Positions 48,941 through 59,165 of a stretch of DNA of 64,000 bases are shown here, piece after piece; positions within the stretch are counted from its first letter, which is position 1, and the number at the start of each line of letters is the position of its first letter. Below the pieces are notes generated by a model. It was given only the letters and a program-made list of their open reading frames with translations. It did not search any database and was not told where the DNA came from. This DNA comes from Bdellovibrionales bacterium. Lineage in GTDB: Bacteria; Bdellovibrionota; Bdellovibrionia; Bdellovibrionales; UBA1609. A program made the position numbers and the translations under genes. The stretch covers positions 91,542-155,541 of the forward strand of contig JAWLHR010000005.1 in assembly GCA_041690295.1 (NCBI GenBank), written 5' to 3'.

Positions 48941-49644
48941 TTCACCTTGCCGTTGTAGATAAAGCTCGCTCCAAAAAAGAGAGAGCGGTATTGGACATCA
49001 CTGAATCGTCCAGTGGATTTCATTAACTCCAAGAATCGCTCACGCGACGGAAAGCCCTGCGAGGATTGGGAAAGGTATTCGTAGGCGCGCCGCTCACCGG
49101 TGATCCAGCCGCCCAGCCGGGGAACGACTTTGTGAAAATAAAACTGAACAAAGGGTTTCACCATAAGCGCCGGTGAATCACCGGTTTCCAAAATCAAAAC
49201 CCGTCCACCTTTTTTCACGACCCGGGCCATTTCACTCAAAGCTTTGAGCGGATCCTGAACATTGCGAATCCCGTACGCCATGCTGGCCACATCAAATGTG
49301 TTATCTTCGAACGGGAGATTTTGCGCATCGGCCACCGACCATTCCACGGTCGTGTGCCGCGCTTTGCTTTTTTCGCGCGCGTGCACCAGCATTTCTTCGC
49401 AAAAGTCCGTACCCACCACCCGGCCTTGCGGGCCGACCGCGGATTTGAATTCCAAGGCCAAGTCACCGGTTCCGGTGGCGCAATCGATGACCGATTCACC
49501 ATGGCGCACGCCGCTCCAGCGCACTAATTCACGGCGCCAGCGGCGCGCGAGCCCAAAGGTCATGGCATCATTGGCGCGGTCATACCCGTGGGCGACGCTG
49601 GCGAATATGGCTTGGATTTTTTCTGGAGCCGGCCCTTGCATCAC
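48937..49644 (-). CDS. menG: Demethylmenaquinone methyltransferase (UbiE/MenG)
   Basis: YDRAND, DCATGTGD, YGIRNV, AYEYL. Confidence 0.93.
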   Translation of the reverse strand: MMQGPAPEKIQAIFASVAHGYDRANDAMTFGLARRWRRELVRWSGVRHGESVIDCATGTGDLALEFKSAVGPQGRVVGTDFCEEMLVHAREKSKARHTTVEWSVADAQNLPFEDNTFDVASMAYGIRNVQDPLKALSEMARVVKKGGRVLILETGDSPALMVKPFVQFYFHKVVPRLGGWITGERRAYEYLSQSSQGFPSRERFLELMKSTGRFSDVQYRSLFFGASFIYNGKVK

Positions 49645-50435
49645 AAGGTCGTCTCTTGCCGGATGGCGCTGATCACGCGCGGGATTTGTTGGGTCAAACG
49701 CGAGAACGTGTTGAAGTCCAAAGATTGAAAACCGTCAGAAAGAGCTTGGTTCGGATCCGGATGAACTTCGATCAAAAGCCCATCAGCGCCCGCCGCCACG
49801 GCGGCCAACGCCACCGAGGGCACCAGGCGGGATTGACCCGTCGCATGCGAGGGGTCGGCGAAAACCGGAAAGTCGGTTTCCATTTTGGCCATCACGATAG
49901 CATTGATATCGAAAGTGTTTCGCGTGGCTGTTTCAAATGTACGAATTCCCCTCTCGCAAAGGATGAGCTGATCATTGCCACCCTGAGTGAGGTACTCGGC
50001 GGCCAGCATCCATTCCTTAAAAGTCGCGGAAAAGCCTCGTTTCAGGAGAACCGGTTTTTTGACGTGGGCCAGTTCCTTAAGAAGGGCGTAGTTGTGCATG
50101 TTGCGGGAGCCGACTTGAAAGGCGTCCACCACATCCATTAAATCGCCGATTTCCCTTGGGTCCGTGATCTCGGATATAAAAGGCAAGCCCACTTCGGATT
50201 TGACGGTGCGTACGATGTCGTAAGCTTCGCGACCCAGGCCCTGAAAAGCTTTCGGGTCCGTGCGTAGTTTGAACAGGCCGCCGCGCAAGCCCGTCGCGCC
50301 GAATTCCTTCACGTGATTCGCGGTCGTTCGAAATTGGGTGAGCGACTCAATAGAGCAAGGGCCGGCCCAAATAGAAAAGGTGCCCCCGCCCACGCTGGTT
50401 GAACCCACCTTGACGGGCTTTGAGTTGTGCTTCAT
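49641..50435 (-). CDS. aroF: DAHP synthase, class I-beta, catalytic barrel only
   Basis: AGPCSIE, RGGLFKLRT, GSRNMHN, KRG, CERG, DPSH. Confidence 0.9.
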   Translation of the reverse strand: MKHNSKPVKVGSTSVGGGTFSIWAGPCSIESLTQFRTTANHVKEFGATGLRGGLFKLRTDPKAFQGLGREAYDIVRTVKSEVGLPFISEITDPREIGDLMDVVDAFQVGSRNMHNYALLKELAHVKKPVLLKRGFSATFKEWMLAAEYLTQGGNDQLILCERGIRTFETATRNTFDINAIVMAKMETDFPVFADPSHATGQSRLVPSVALAAVAAGADGLLIEVHPDPNQALSDGFQSLDFNTFSRLTQQIPRVISAIRQETTL

Positions 50436-50467
50436 TCTGCCCAAGTTTTTAATCGGGCGAGCGATAT

Positions 50468-51475
50468 ATGTCATCCACCAAATACCCACCGCGTCGAAAG
50501 CCATGGGACCAGATCTGGCTGCGGGATTCGGGTCGCTCAATTTTTATGCAGATCACCGGGCGAGGTCGGGAACCCAGGCCTAACTCCCTCTCCTTTTATG
50601 CTCCGAACTTTTACACCCATGAAACCATGAACCCTTGGTTTTATGGCGAGCGAATTCCCGCGGGAGCGTTCGTGACGAACCCGTTGCCCGCCGTCGAGCG
50701 CCGCTTGGATCCGGATCCATCCTTGTTTGACGCCGTTCACGCGGAAATTCTGACGGGGATCAAAGAGGGACGGTTTAAGAAAGTCGTGCCCTACGTGAGT
50801 GAAGAATGGCAGTTCGAAAGCGAATTAAGCTGGTCCATGTTTCCCAACGCCTTGGCGCCACAGGAAAACCAATACTCCTATGGCCTACAGGCCAGCGGCG
50901 AGGGCATGTGCGGGATCACTCCCGAATTGTTATTCCAGGTGGAAGGGGACGTGTGCACCACGATGGCGCTGGCGGGCACGGCCCCGGTGGACGGGCCATC
51001 CTTATTGGACGATCCCAAGGAGCGGCTGGAGCATGAATTGGTCATTGGCCATATTCAACAATCGTTGAAAGGCTTGGGCGAAATCACGGTCGGTGAAACT
51101 CGCGAACAGGCCTATGGCTCTTTAAAACACCTTTTGACCCCGATTCAGGTCAAACTTGAATATCCGCCGTCGTTCATGGACCTTGTGGCGCGCTTGCATC
51201 CGACCGCCGCTTTGGCCGGCTGGCCGCGGGCTTCGGCGCTCGACTTTCTTCGTTTACGCGGACCGGAACGGATTCGTTTCGGGGCGCCGTTTGGTTTTGT
51301 CGACGGGGATTCAATGATGTGCATAGTGGCGATCCGCTGTTTGCAATGGCGCGGCCGCACGGCTTGGATTATGAGCGGTTGTGGGGTGGTCGAGGGTAGC
51401 CACGCCGAAAAAGAGTGGGTGGAATTGAACCTCAAACGCCGGTCGGTGGCCCGGCAGTTGGGACTTGAAGAATGA
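50468..51475 (+). CDS. menF: Isochorismate synthase
   Basis: TPELL, ALAGT, KERLEH, LHPTAA, VAIR, GCGVV..S..EKEW.E; start uncertain. Confidence 0.88.
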   Translation: MSSTKYPPRRKPWDQIWLRDSGRSIFMQITGRGREPRPNSLSFYAPNFYTHETMNPWFYGERIPAGAFVTNPLPAVERRLDPDPSLFDAVHAEILTGIKEGRFKKVVPYVSEEWQFESELSWSMFPNALAPQENQYSYGLQASGEGMCGITPELLFQVEGDVCTTMALAGTAPVDGPSLLDDPKERLEHELVIGHIQQSLKGLGEITVGETREQAYGSLKHLLTPIQVKLEYPPSFMDLVARLHPTAALAGWPRASALDFLRLRGPERIRFGAPFGFVDGDSMMCIVAIRCLQWRGRTAWIMSGCGVVEGSHAEKEWVELNLKRRSVARQLGLEE

Positions 51476-52995
51476 CGAACATTTCGCGCGCGCGAGCGCT
51501 TTTGAAATCTTTGGTGCAAGAAGGCGTGCGAGAGATCGTCCTCTGCCCCGGCGCGCGCAATGCTCCTTTAGTCACGGTCTTATCCAAGTCGCAAGGGTTG
51601 AAAATTCATTCTTTTTTTGACGAGCGCTCAGCCGGCTTCTTTGCTTTGGGACGCATCCAAGTCACCGGGCGACCGGTCGCGGTTTGCACCACATCCGGAA
51701 CGGCGGTGGCCGAATTGCTTCCGGCGGTGATCGAAGCCGATCATCAAACGCTCCCTCTGATCGTGCTCAGTGCCGACCGACCCAAGCATTATCGTGGCAG
51801 TGGTTCTCCGCAATCCATTATTCATCCGGGATTGTTTTCCCATTACGTGGAAAACACCTGGGATCTCGACGGCGCGAATTGCGAGGTGAAAATCCGGCGC
51901 CGGCCCGTTCATATCAACATCTGTTTTGATGAGCCGCTGCTTGATGAACCGGCCACGGACTGGAATTTGGTTCACTACATGGTGGAGCGCCCATTCAAGC
52001 CATTGGCCTTGCATGGATCGGACGCTCCGGTTGAAATCTCCAGCCGGAAACCGCTGGTGATCGTGAGCGGTCTTCGCCGCTTTGAGGCGGAACGGATTGT
52101 GCCGCTCCTTAAAAAATGGCAAAGGCCTTTGATTCTCGAAGGTCTTTCCGGACTGCGCGGCCATTCGGAGTTGCGGAGTCTTGAAATCAAGGGTGGTAAA
52201 CCCGATGGCTTTTCATTTGATGGCGTGATCCGCATCGGCTCGGTGCCGACGTTGCGATTCTGGCGCGACTTGGAAACACTTGATTGGCCGGTGTGGAATT
52301 TTTCGGACTTGCCGTGGAGTGGTTTGGCCCGGGCGCGTGAAGTTCATGCGCTCGCGGATCTCAATCAGATTAAGGCTGAATTCGAGCCGTGGACGAATGA
52401 CGAGCGGACGCGCGATGAATCACGATGGGAAAAACTCAACGATCTGTTGACGCGATATCCATACAGCGAATCCAGCTGGGTTCGCAGAATCAGTCAATGG
52501 ATCCCGCAACGGGCGAAAGTCTTTCTGGGGAACAGCCTGCCCATTCGCGAGTGGGACTTGGCGGCCGATCGAAGTTTGAATTGCGATGTCTCCGCCAATC
52601 GCGGCGTGAACGGAATCGATGGCTTGGTTTCGACCTTTTTGGGAAGCGCGGAAGAAGGGCGCTCCAACTGGGCGGTGCTTGGAGATCTCTCCGCTTTGTA
52701 TGATCTCAACGGCCTTTGGGCTTTGCGTGACCACCATGTTAACGATTTGACATTGGTGATCCTCAATAACGGTGGCGGAAAAATCTTCGCCCCGATGTTT
52801 AATAACCAGTTATTTGAAAATCGCCACGAGTTCAGTTTCGCGGATTGGGCGCATATGTGGGGCTGCCGATATCATCTGTTCAAAGGGGCGGTCGAAGTCC
52901 CCTCGGATCGCACATCCCGTCCCCGTGTGCTCGAAGTGATTCCGGATGAAAATGAAACCGAAGCCTTTTGGCGGGCCTGGAAGGATGTTCCGTGA
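51472..52995 (+). CDS. menD: SEPHCHC synthase
   Basis: CPGARNAPL, DERSAGFFALG, TTSGTA, NRGVNGIDG, GDLS, NNGGG. Confidence 0.95.
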   Translation: MTNISRARALLKSLVQEGVREIVLCPGARNAPLVTVLSKSQGLKIHSFFDERSAGFFALGRIQVTGRPVAVCTTSGTAVAELLPAVIEADHQTLPLIVLSADRPKHYRGSGSPQSIIHPGLFSHYVENTWDLDGANCEVKIRRRPVHINICFDEPLLDEPATDWNLVHYMVERPFKPLALHGSDAPVEISSRKPLVIVSGLRRFEAERIVPLLKKWQRPLILEGLSGLRGHSELRSLEIKGGKPDGFSFDGVIRIGSVPTLRFWRDLETLDWPVWNFSDLPWSGLARAREVHALADLNQIKAEFEPWTNDERTRDESRWEKLNDLLTRYPYSESSWVRRISQWIPQRAKVFLGNSLPIREWDLAADRSLNCDVSANRGVNGIDGLVSTFLGSAEEGRSNWAVLGDLSALYDLNGLWALRDHHVNDLTLVILNNGGGKIFAPMFNNQLFENRHEFSFADWAHMWGCRYHLFKGAVEVPSDRTSRPRVLEVIPDENETEAFWRAWKDVP

Positions 52996-53696
52996 CCACG
53001 ATTTTGCTCCATGGGTTTTGGGGGCAGCCGGCGGATTGGAATCCGGTGCTCGCCCGATTGCCTCTTTCCACGTCCGTTTGGATTCCTGATCTTTTCGAAG
53101 AAGGTCCGATGGGACCCGAGGCGGACATCGACGCCTGGGTGGATGAATTTCTGCGCGAAGTGGATAACTTGGGTGAAGATGTGCAGGCGGTTGGATACTC
53201 CCTTGGCGGGCGTTTGCTTTTGAAAGCCATTGTGAAAAAACCGGAGCGATTCCGTCGCGCGCTTTTGCTCTCAGCGCGGCCATTCATCGAAAGCGAATCG
53301 GAGACGGAGCGCGAACGCTGGGAAATGGATTGGGCCTATCGGTTTTTACGCGATTCCTGGGAAAACCTGGAATCCGACTGGAATCGCCAGGAGGTTTTCG
53401 CCAACGCGCCCGAGATTCCCCGCCGCAAAGAGAATTCCCTTCGCGCTCTGCTCGCTCAATCGCTGGTGAATTGGTCGCCCCGGCGGCACCGAATTGGGCC
53501 GGAAGATCTGAAATCCTTACCTGAAGCGGTGGACTGGGCTTTTGGCGCCTTGGATCAAAAATATGTCGAGGTGGCGAAGGGCTTGCAGAAACTGCCAGTA
53601 AAAGGGCAAATATCCGTGATTGAAAATGCCGGTCACCGCTTGCCTTTCGAGGCCAGCCCTTGGATCGCCCAATGGGTGGAACGGAGCTTTTTATGA
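52992..53696 (+). CDS. menH: SHCHC synthase (alpha/beta hydrolase)
   Basis: LHGFWG, GYSLGGR, D.KY, AGH; GTGA-coupled to menD. Confidence 0.85.
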   Translation: MTTILLHGFWGQPADWNPVLARLPLSTSVWIPDLFEEGPMGPEADIDAWVDEFLREVDNLGEDVQAVGYSLGGRLLLKAIVKKPERFRRALLLSARPFIESESETERERWEMDWAYRFLRDSWENLESDWNRQEVFANAPEIPRRKENSLRALLAQSLVNWSPRRHRIGPEDLKSLPEAVDWAFGALDQKYVEVAKGLQKLPVKGQISVIENAGHRLPFEASPWIAQWVERSFL

Positions 53697-53896
53697 CGAA
53701 CGGTTTTGTGGAACTGAAAACAACGGAAAACCAGACAATCTACGTGCGCCCCGATGCGGTGGGCGCCGTCGAGGTGGTCACACCCACCGCCCGCGTGGAT
53801 GGTCATGTGAAACTCTATATCGGAGCCTTCAAGTTTTTGATCGCCGGTGAAAAGGACGAAGTCATGAAAAAGTTAACTGAAGGGGAAGGTCGGTAA
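53693..53896 (+). CDS. Small hypothetical protein (FlbD-like pattern)
   Basis: 67 aa; ATGA-coupled to menH and ends 1 bp before menB. Confidence 0.7.
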   Translation: MTNGFVELKTTENQTIYVRPDAVGAVEVVTPTARVDGHVKLYIGAFKFLIAGEKDEVMKKLTEGEGR

Positions 53897-53897
53897 C

Positions 53898-54722
53898 ATG
53901 TCTATGGAAACCTGGATTCCGATCAAAGAATACAAAGACATTATCTTTGAACGCACCGAAGATGGGATCGCCAAGATCACCATCAATCGCCCCGAAGTTC
54001 GTAACGCCTTTCGTCCGCAGACGGTTAAAGAGTTGCAGGACGCCTTTGAAATTTGCCGCGAAAGCTCCCAAATCGGCGTGGTGATTTTGACCGGACAGGG
54101 ACCTGAGGCGTTTTGCTCCGGTGGTGATCAGAAGGTGCGCGGACATGCCGGTTACATCGGAGAAGACGGTGTTCCGCGCTTGAATATTCTTGATGTGCAA
54201 AAGCAAATCCGCGCGCTTCCCAAACCGGTGATCGCCATGGTCGCGGGCTATGCCATCGGCGGCGGACACGTTTTGCATGTGGTATGTGATTTGACCATCG
54301 CCGCGGATAATGCCCGCTTCGGTCAAACGGGTCCGAAAGTGGGATCATTCGACGGCGGACTTGGCAGCAGTTATTTGGCCCGCATCGTGGGACAAAAGAA
54401 AGCGCGCGAGATCTGGTATTTGTGCCGTCAGTATGACGCCCGGGAAGCGTTGGAAATGGGCCTGGTGAATAAAGTGGTGCCGCTCGCGGAACTGGAAAAA
54501 GAAACTTTGGAATGGGCCCGCAAGATTTTGGAACACTCGCCGTTGGCGATCCGTTGTTTGAAGGCGGCGCTCAATGCGGATTGCGACGGACAAATGGGGC
54601 TTCTCGATCTCGCCGGCAACGCGACCTTGCTTTACTACATGAGTGAGGAAGCCAAAGAAGGAAAACAAGCGTTCATCGACCGGCGCAAACCGGATTTTTC
54701 CAAATTTCCGCGTCTCCCGTAA
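53898..54722 (+). CDS. menB: DHNA-CoA synthase
   Basis: [31 protein letters not shown]. Confidence 0.97.
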   Translation: MSMETWIPIKEYKDIIFERTEDGIAKITINRPEVRNAFRPQTVKELQDAFEICRESSQIGVVILTGQGPEAFCSGGDQKVRGHAGYIGEDGVPRLNILDVQKQIRALPKPVIAMVAGYAIGGGHVLHVVCDLTIAADNARFGQTGPKVGSFDGGLGSSYLARIVGQKKAREIWYLCRQYDAREALEMGLVNKVVPLAELEKETLEWARKILEHSPLAIRCLKAALNADCDGQMGLLDLAGNATLLYYMSEEAKEGKQAFIDRRKPDFSKFPRLP

Positions 54723-54728
54723 TTCCAT

Positions 54729-55610
54729 ATGCCGTCCTTAGCGAAAATACTTTGGCATACCATTCGGCCGAAAACCCTTTCGGCCGCCGTGGTTCCGGTT
54801 TTGGTGGCGACGGCTTTGGTTTACGCTTTGGGTTTTGAAGTGGTGCCTTGGATTTCCACCTGCGCCTTACTCTCCGCGATCATGATTCAAGTGGGCACCA
54901 ATTTCATCAATGACGCCTTGGATTTTGAAAAAGGCGCCGACGGGGAAAACCGGCTGGGCGAGGCGAGAGCCACACAAAAGGGATGGCTCACGCGCAATCA
55001 GGTCATGGCTTTGGGGGCGGCGAGTTTTCTCGCCGCGTTTTTGCTCGGTATCCCGCTGGTTTGGCATGGGGGATGGCCGATCGTGGCCATCGGCCTGACG
55101 TCGTTGCTCATGGGCTACGCTTACACCGGCGGGCCGTGGCCTCTGGCCTACGTTGGTCTGGGAGATCTCTTCGTCATTTTGTTTTTCGGATTGATCGCCG
55201 TGGGCGGTGTTTTCTTTCTTCACACTCAGAATTATTCCGTGGCCGCTTTGGTCGCCGGCTTGCAAATCGGCCTGCTGGCAACGGTTTTGATCGCCATAAA
55301 CAATCTTCGTGATCTCGACCAAGATCGTTTAGTCGGTAAAAAAACATTAGCCGTGAGATTGGGTCCGCGAAATGGGCGCATAGAAGTGTTGGCTTTGGTT
55401 CTCGCGGCCTACGGTCTTCATTTCTTCTGGCTGGTGAAAGGCCATCACCTGGCGTTCATTTTGCCTTGGTTGGCTCTGCCTCTCGCGGTGAAGGTGGTCT
55501 GGACCTTGTTGAGAACGTCAGCCGGACGTGAGTACAATCGACTCTTGTCGCAAGCGGCGATTGTGCATATGCTATTCGGAGTGCTACTGAGCATTGGATT
55601 TCTCTATTAA
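54729..55610 (+). CDS. menA: DHNA polyprenyltransferase
   Basis: RPKTL, NDALDFEKGAD, YTGGP, NNLRDLDQD..GKKTLAV. Confidence 0.95.
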   Translation: MPSLAKILWHTIRPKTLSAAVVPVLVATALVYALGFEVVPWISTCALLSAIMIQVGTNFINDALDFEKGADGENRLGEARATQKGWLTRNQVMALGAASFLAAFLLGIPLVWHGGWPIVAIGLTSLLMGYAYTGGPWPLAYVGLGDLFVILFFGLIAVGGVFFLHTQNYSVAALVAGLQIGLLATVLIAINNLRDLDQDRLVGKKTLAVRLGPRNGRIEVLALVLAAYGLHFFWLVKGHHLAFILPWLALPLAVKVVWTLLRTSAGREYNRLLSQAAIVHMLFGVLLSIGFLY

Positions 55611-56524
55611 TGAAGATTTGGGTTCACGGTTATCAGCTGAAGCCCAAAGCCGAAACGGCGCCTGTGCGCCATGGCGCCCTATTGAAAGTGGAATGGGCGT
55701 CCGGGCAAATCGGCTACAGCGATCTTCATCCCTGGCCTGAATTCGGTGAACCGCCGCTGGATACCCATCTGGAAGCGTTGGCCGGCATGACGTTCACCCG
55801 ATTGGCCGAGGTTTCCTTGGAATTCAACTACATCGATCGCGAGTTCCGGCTGATGCGCCGAAACGCCTTTCTGGGTTTGATCATCCCTCGCAGTCACTAT
55901 CTGTTTCAGGATATTGATCAAATCAGTGCCACGGAATTGAAAGAGCTGGAACGTGAAGGTTACTCGCATATCAAAGTGAAGATGGGCCGCGATTTCGCCC
56001 GCGAAAGCGTATCGCTTTTGAATCTTGTGGGGTCCACGCGACTTTTTTGGCGATTGGACTTTAACGGCCGGTTGTCCGTGGGACAGGTGCGGGAGTGGTG
56101 GAACAGTCTGAACGATGAGGTGAGACAACGGATTGATTTCATCGAAGACCCGGTGGCCGAGGGCGAGTTGGAGATCGATGGCCCCTGGGCCAACGACTGG
56201 TACAAACAATCACGGTCTCACATTCGGATTATCAAGCCGGCGCGGGAAGGTATTGATGAGGTGGGGTCGTTCCGCCGGATCATTTTCACGCACGGTTTGG
56301 ATCACACGCTCGGCCAAGCGTGCTCGGCCTGGACGGCGGGCAAATTTTATGCGACTCATCCTCGGAAAATTGAAGTTTGCGGATTGTCTTCGAATGATGT
56401 GTACGAGCCGGACGATTTCTCGCGGCAATGGTTGAACAAAGGGCCGCGCATGAAACCGACGACCGGTACGGGATTTGGTTTTGACGAGATACTGGAGTCC
56501 ATAAAATGGGAGCGACTGTTTTAA
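55610..56524 (+). CDS. menC: o-succinylbenzoate synthase
   Basis: HPWPEFG, KVK, RLDFN, FIEDP; position in the operon. Confidence 0.85.
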   Translation: MKIWVHGYQLKPKAETAPVRHGALLKVEWASGQIGYSDLHPWPEFGEPPLDTHLEALAGMTFTRLAEVSLEFNYIDREFRLMRRNAFLGLIIPRSHYLFQDIDQISATELKELEREGYSHIKVKMGRDFARESVSLLNLVGSTRLFWRLDFNGRLSVGQVREWWNSLNDEVRQRIDFIEDPVAEGELEIDGPWANDWYKQSRSHIRIIKPAREGIDEVGSFRRIIFTHGLDHTLGQACSAWTAGKFYATHPRKIEVCGLSSNDVYEPDDFSRQWLNKGPRMKPTTGTGFGFDEILESIKWERLF

Positions 56525-57624
56525 TTCCGGCGCGCTTGGCTGGTTGGCAGAAGTCGGCGTTGGAAACTCTTCGATCACGACTTCCGGATGATCCGGACGT
56601 CACCTGGTTTTTTTCAAGCGGCACGCAATCGGTGAACCGGATCAAGTGCATCGGTCTTCGCAAATCCGCGATCCTGGTTTCCGCGGCGGCCGTTAATAAA
56701 CACTTGGATGTCACGCCGACGGACATCTGGTCATTGGAAATCCCCGCCTACCACATCGGTGGCTACGCGCTCCTGCAACGGGCTGAACTTCTAGGTTGTA
56801 AAGTCGTGCGCGCCATGGCCTGGGAGCCGAATGAGTTTGTTAGCCGGGTCAATAGGGAAAAGGTCACATTGACATCCTTGGTTCCCACTCAGGTGTACGA
56901 CTTGGTGGCGGCGGGATTGACTTCGCCGCCAAGCTTGCGGGCCGCGGTGATCGGCGGCGGTCGATTGGAAACGGATCTTTATTTTAAAGGGCGTGAACTG
57001 GGATGGCCGCTCTTACCCAGCTATGGATTGACGGAATGCGCGTCTCAGGTGGCGACCGCGCGGCTTGAGTCTTTGTATGAATCCGGATTTCCCGGCCTCA
57101 CGCTGTTGCCCCATGTGAATGTGGAATTACGCGATTCGCGAATTTTTATTCGCACGCCCGCCGTTTGCCAATGGATCGCCACCGCCGATGCGGAAGGGCT
57201 TTTCACCTTGGAAGATCCTTTGCGTGACGGCTGGTTGCCCACCGAGGATTTGGGGGAATGGGTGGACGGACCCGTGCCGGCGCTCAAGATTCTCGGGCGA
57301 AGCGACGACGTGGTGAAAGTGTTTGGCGTCCTGGTTTCTCTGGTTCAGGTGGAAAGTGATCTCAGGGCCACCTGCCGCCGCTTCAATTGTGAAGCGGATT
57401 TTACGGTCTGTTCGATCGAGCGAGGCCGCGAAGGTACACGCATCCTGGCCGTCACGGACTGTAGGGATTCGCTGAAAGCGTTGGATTCGGCCATCGCCAA
57501 ATACAACGCCGGCGTGCCCGGACCGTTTCGCGTTCAACAACTCTATTGGACCGAACGCATTCCGCGCACGGCCCTGGGCAAGGTCCGCAAAGCCCAACTG
57601 AAATCCATTCTGAATTTGACTTAG
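56506..57624 (+). CDS. menE: o-succinylbenzoate-CoA ligase
   Basis: SSGT, YHIGG, SLVPTQ, SYGLTE, GR.DD, PRTALGK. Confidence 0.88.
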   Translation: MGATVLIPARLAGWQKSALETLRSRLPDDPDVTWFFSSGTQSVNRIKCIGLRKSAILVSAAAVNKHLDVTPTDIWSLEIPAYHIGGYALLQRAELLGCKVVRAMAWEPNEFVSRVNREKVTLTSLVPTQVYDLVAAGLTSPPSLRAAVIGGGRLETDLYFKGRELGWPLLPSYGLTECASQVATARLESLYESGFPGLTLLPHVNVELRDSRIFIRTPAVCQWIATADAEGLFTLEDPLRDGWLPTEDLGEWVDGPVPALKILGRSDDVVKVFGVLVSLVQVESDLRATCRRFNCEADFTVCSIERGREGTRILAVTDCRDSLKALDSAIAKYNAGVPGPFRVQQLYWTERIPRTALGKVRKAQLKSILNLT

Positions 57625-57777
57625 GTCCTGTGGAGAACCCGGCACCTGCCGGTCGATAAGACAAGGGCACAATCAACCCAAGGTTTGCGTGGATCCGAAT
57701 AGCGCCTACTGCCAACGCTACATGCAGGGTGGCGATTCCACCAGGTGACAAAACTCGCGGCATTTCTCTAAGCTCGA

Positions 57778-58167
57778 TCAAAGCTTTTCCGCTAAACACT
57801 TTCGGATAGGGTCGGGAACCGGAATCTTCACCATATCCGGACGACGAACAAAAACATGGGACGTCTTCAAACGAGCGACCGTGGCGCCCTGACTGATAAA
57901 CTCAAAATTGAAGTGAACTGAACTTTCACCCAATTCTTTGATCGTGACGCGCACCTCATATTCATCGCCGGGGCGAAGCGGTTTCAGGTAATCGGCTTCG
58001 ACATGACGCAAAGGCACACCCCAGTCGGGATGCTTGAACCAGTCTTTCCAGGGGATCCCCCATTGCGGAAGGGTTTGCTCCAGCGCGCGATGGGCGAGGC
58101 GGAAATAATTGCCAAAGAAAACAATACCTTCAATGTCACCTTCGTCAAAGGGAACGGTCGCTCGCAT
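57778..58167 (-). CDS. Hotdog-fold acyl-CoA thioesterase (4HBT-like; candidate DHNA-CoA hydrolase)
   Basis: DEGDIEGIVFFGNY, ADYLKPLRPGD; located inside the men cluster. Confidence 0.8.
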   Translation of the reverse strand: MRATVPFDEGDIEGIVFFGNYFRLAHRALEQTLPQWGIPWKDWFKHPDWGVPLRHVEADYLKPLRPGDEYEVRVTIKELGESSVHFNFEFISQGATVARLKTSHVFVRRPDMVKIPVPDPIRKCLAEKL

Positions 58168-58226
58168 ATGGCGGACAAGGAAATCACCGTTGACTTAAAG
58201 AGTCAATCACTCTACAGGCAAAGTGC

Positions 58227-59165
58227 GTGAAAGAACTCAAGATTTTCAATCAGGACGACTTCCCCAAGTATTTGCCGAAACTGAACTCGCTTTATGACGA
58301 TCTGTTTTCGGCGGGCAAAGGTTTTCGCTCCAAGCTGATTCAAATGATCGGTAAACACTTGCATTTAAGTGATCGGCAGGAACTCCTGCTGGCGCAAACC
58401 ATTGAGTTCATTCACAACGCTTCTTTGCTTCACGACGATTTGATCGATCGCTCCACGCTTCGGCGGAGCAAACCCGCCGCGTGGTTGAAGTACTCACCCG
58501 AGTACGCGGTGTTGGCGGGTGATTATCTTCTGGCTCGTGTGATGGTGAATCTCTCCCGTTATGGAAATTTGCGATTGATTCAATACACGGCGGAAATCAT
58601 CTCGGACTTGTTGGAAGGCGAGTGGATCCAGGATTCACTGGTTCGTGACTGGAACGTGCAACTCAATCAACTGGATCAGGTGCACGATCTCAAGACCGCC
58701 TCATTATTCAAATGGTGCTTGCGGGCTCCGTTCATCGTCAAAGAAAACTATAACGAAGAATTGCACCAGACATTGGCGGAAATGGGCACGCTCCTGGGAT
58801 TGTTGTTCCAGCGGGGCGATGATCTTTTAGATTTCGATGTCCGCAATGATGAAGGCAAAGCGGTGCTCGGGGATTTGAAATCCGGCTATTTGAATTCTTT
58901 CGCCGCGTTCTTGTCCCGTGATTTTGACGAAGAGAAAAAGCGACGATTGCGCGCCTGCCAGGAGTTGGCGGATGTGAAAGCGCTGACGGGCGAAGAATAT
59001 TTTAATCGTTGCGTGCAGCATTTCGATGATTTGAACGCCCAGGTGATTCAGCTTTACGAGCACAAAGCCAGATCACTCGAGCCGTATTTGGAAGTGTCGG
59101 AGAGAGGTTTGATTCACGACCTGAACGGCTTGCCCAGCGTTCTTTATTTCCGACGGGCGAAATAA
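58227..59165 (+). CDS. Polyprenyl diphosphate synthase
   Basis: GKGFR, IHNASLLHDDLID..RR, KTA, FQRGDDLLD. Confidence 0.93.
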   Translation: MKELKIFNQDDFPKYLPKLNSLYDDLFSAGKGFRSKLIQMIGKHLHLSDRQELLLAQTIEFIHNASLLHDDLIDRSTLRRSKPAAWLKYSPEYAVLAGDYLLARVMVNLSRYGNLRLIQYTAEIISDLLEGEWIQDSLVRDWNVQLNQLDQVHDLKTASLFKWCLRAPFIVKENYNEELHQTLAEMGTLLGLLFQRGDDLLDFDVRNDEGKAVLGDLKSGYLNSFAAFLSRDFDEEKKRRLRACQELADVKALTGEEYFNRCVQHFDDLNAQVIQLYEHKARSLEPYLEVSERGLIHDLNGLPSVLYFRRAK

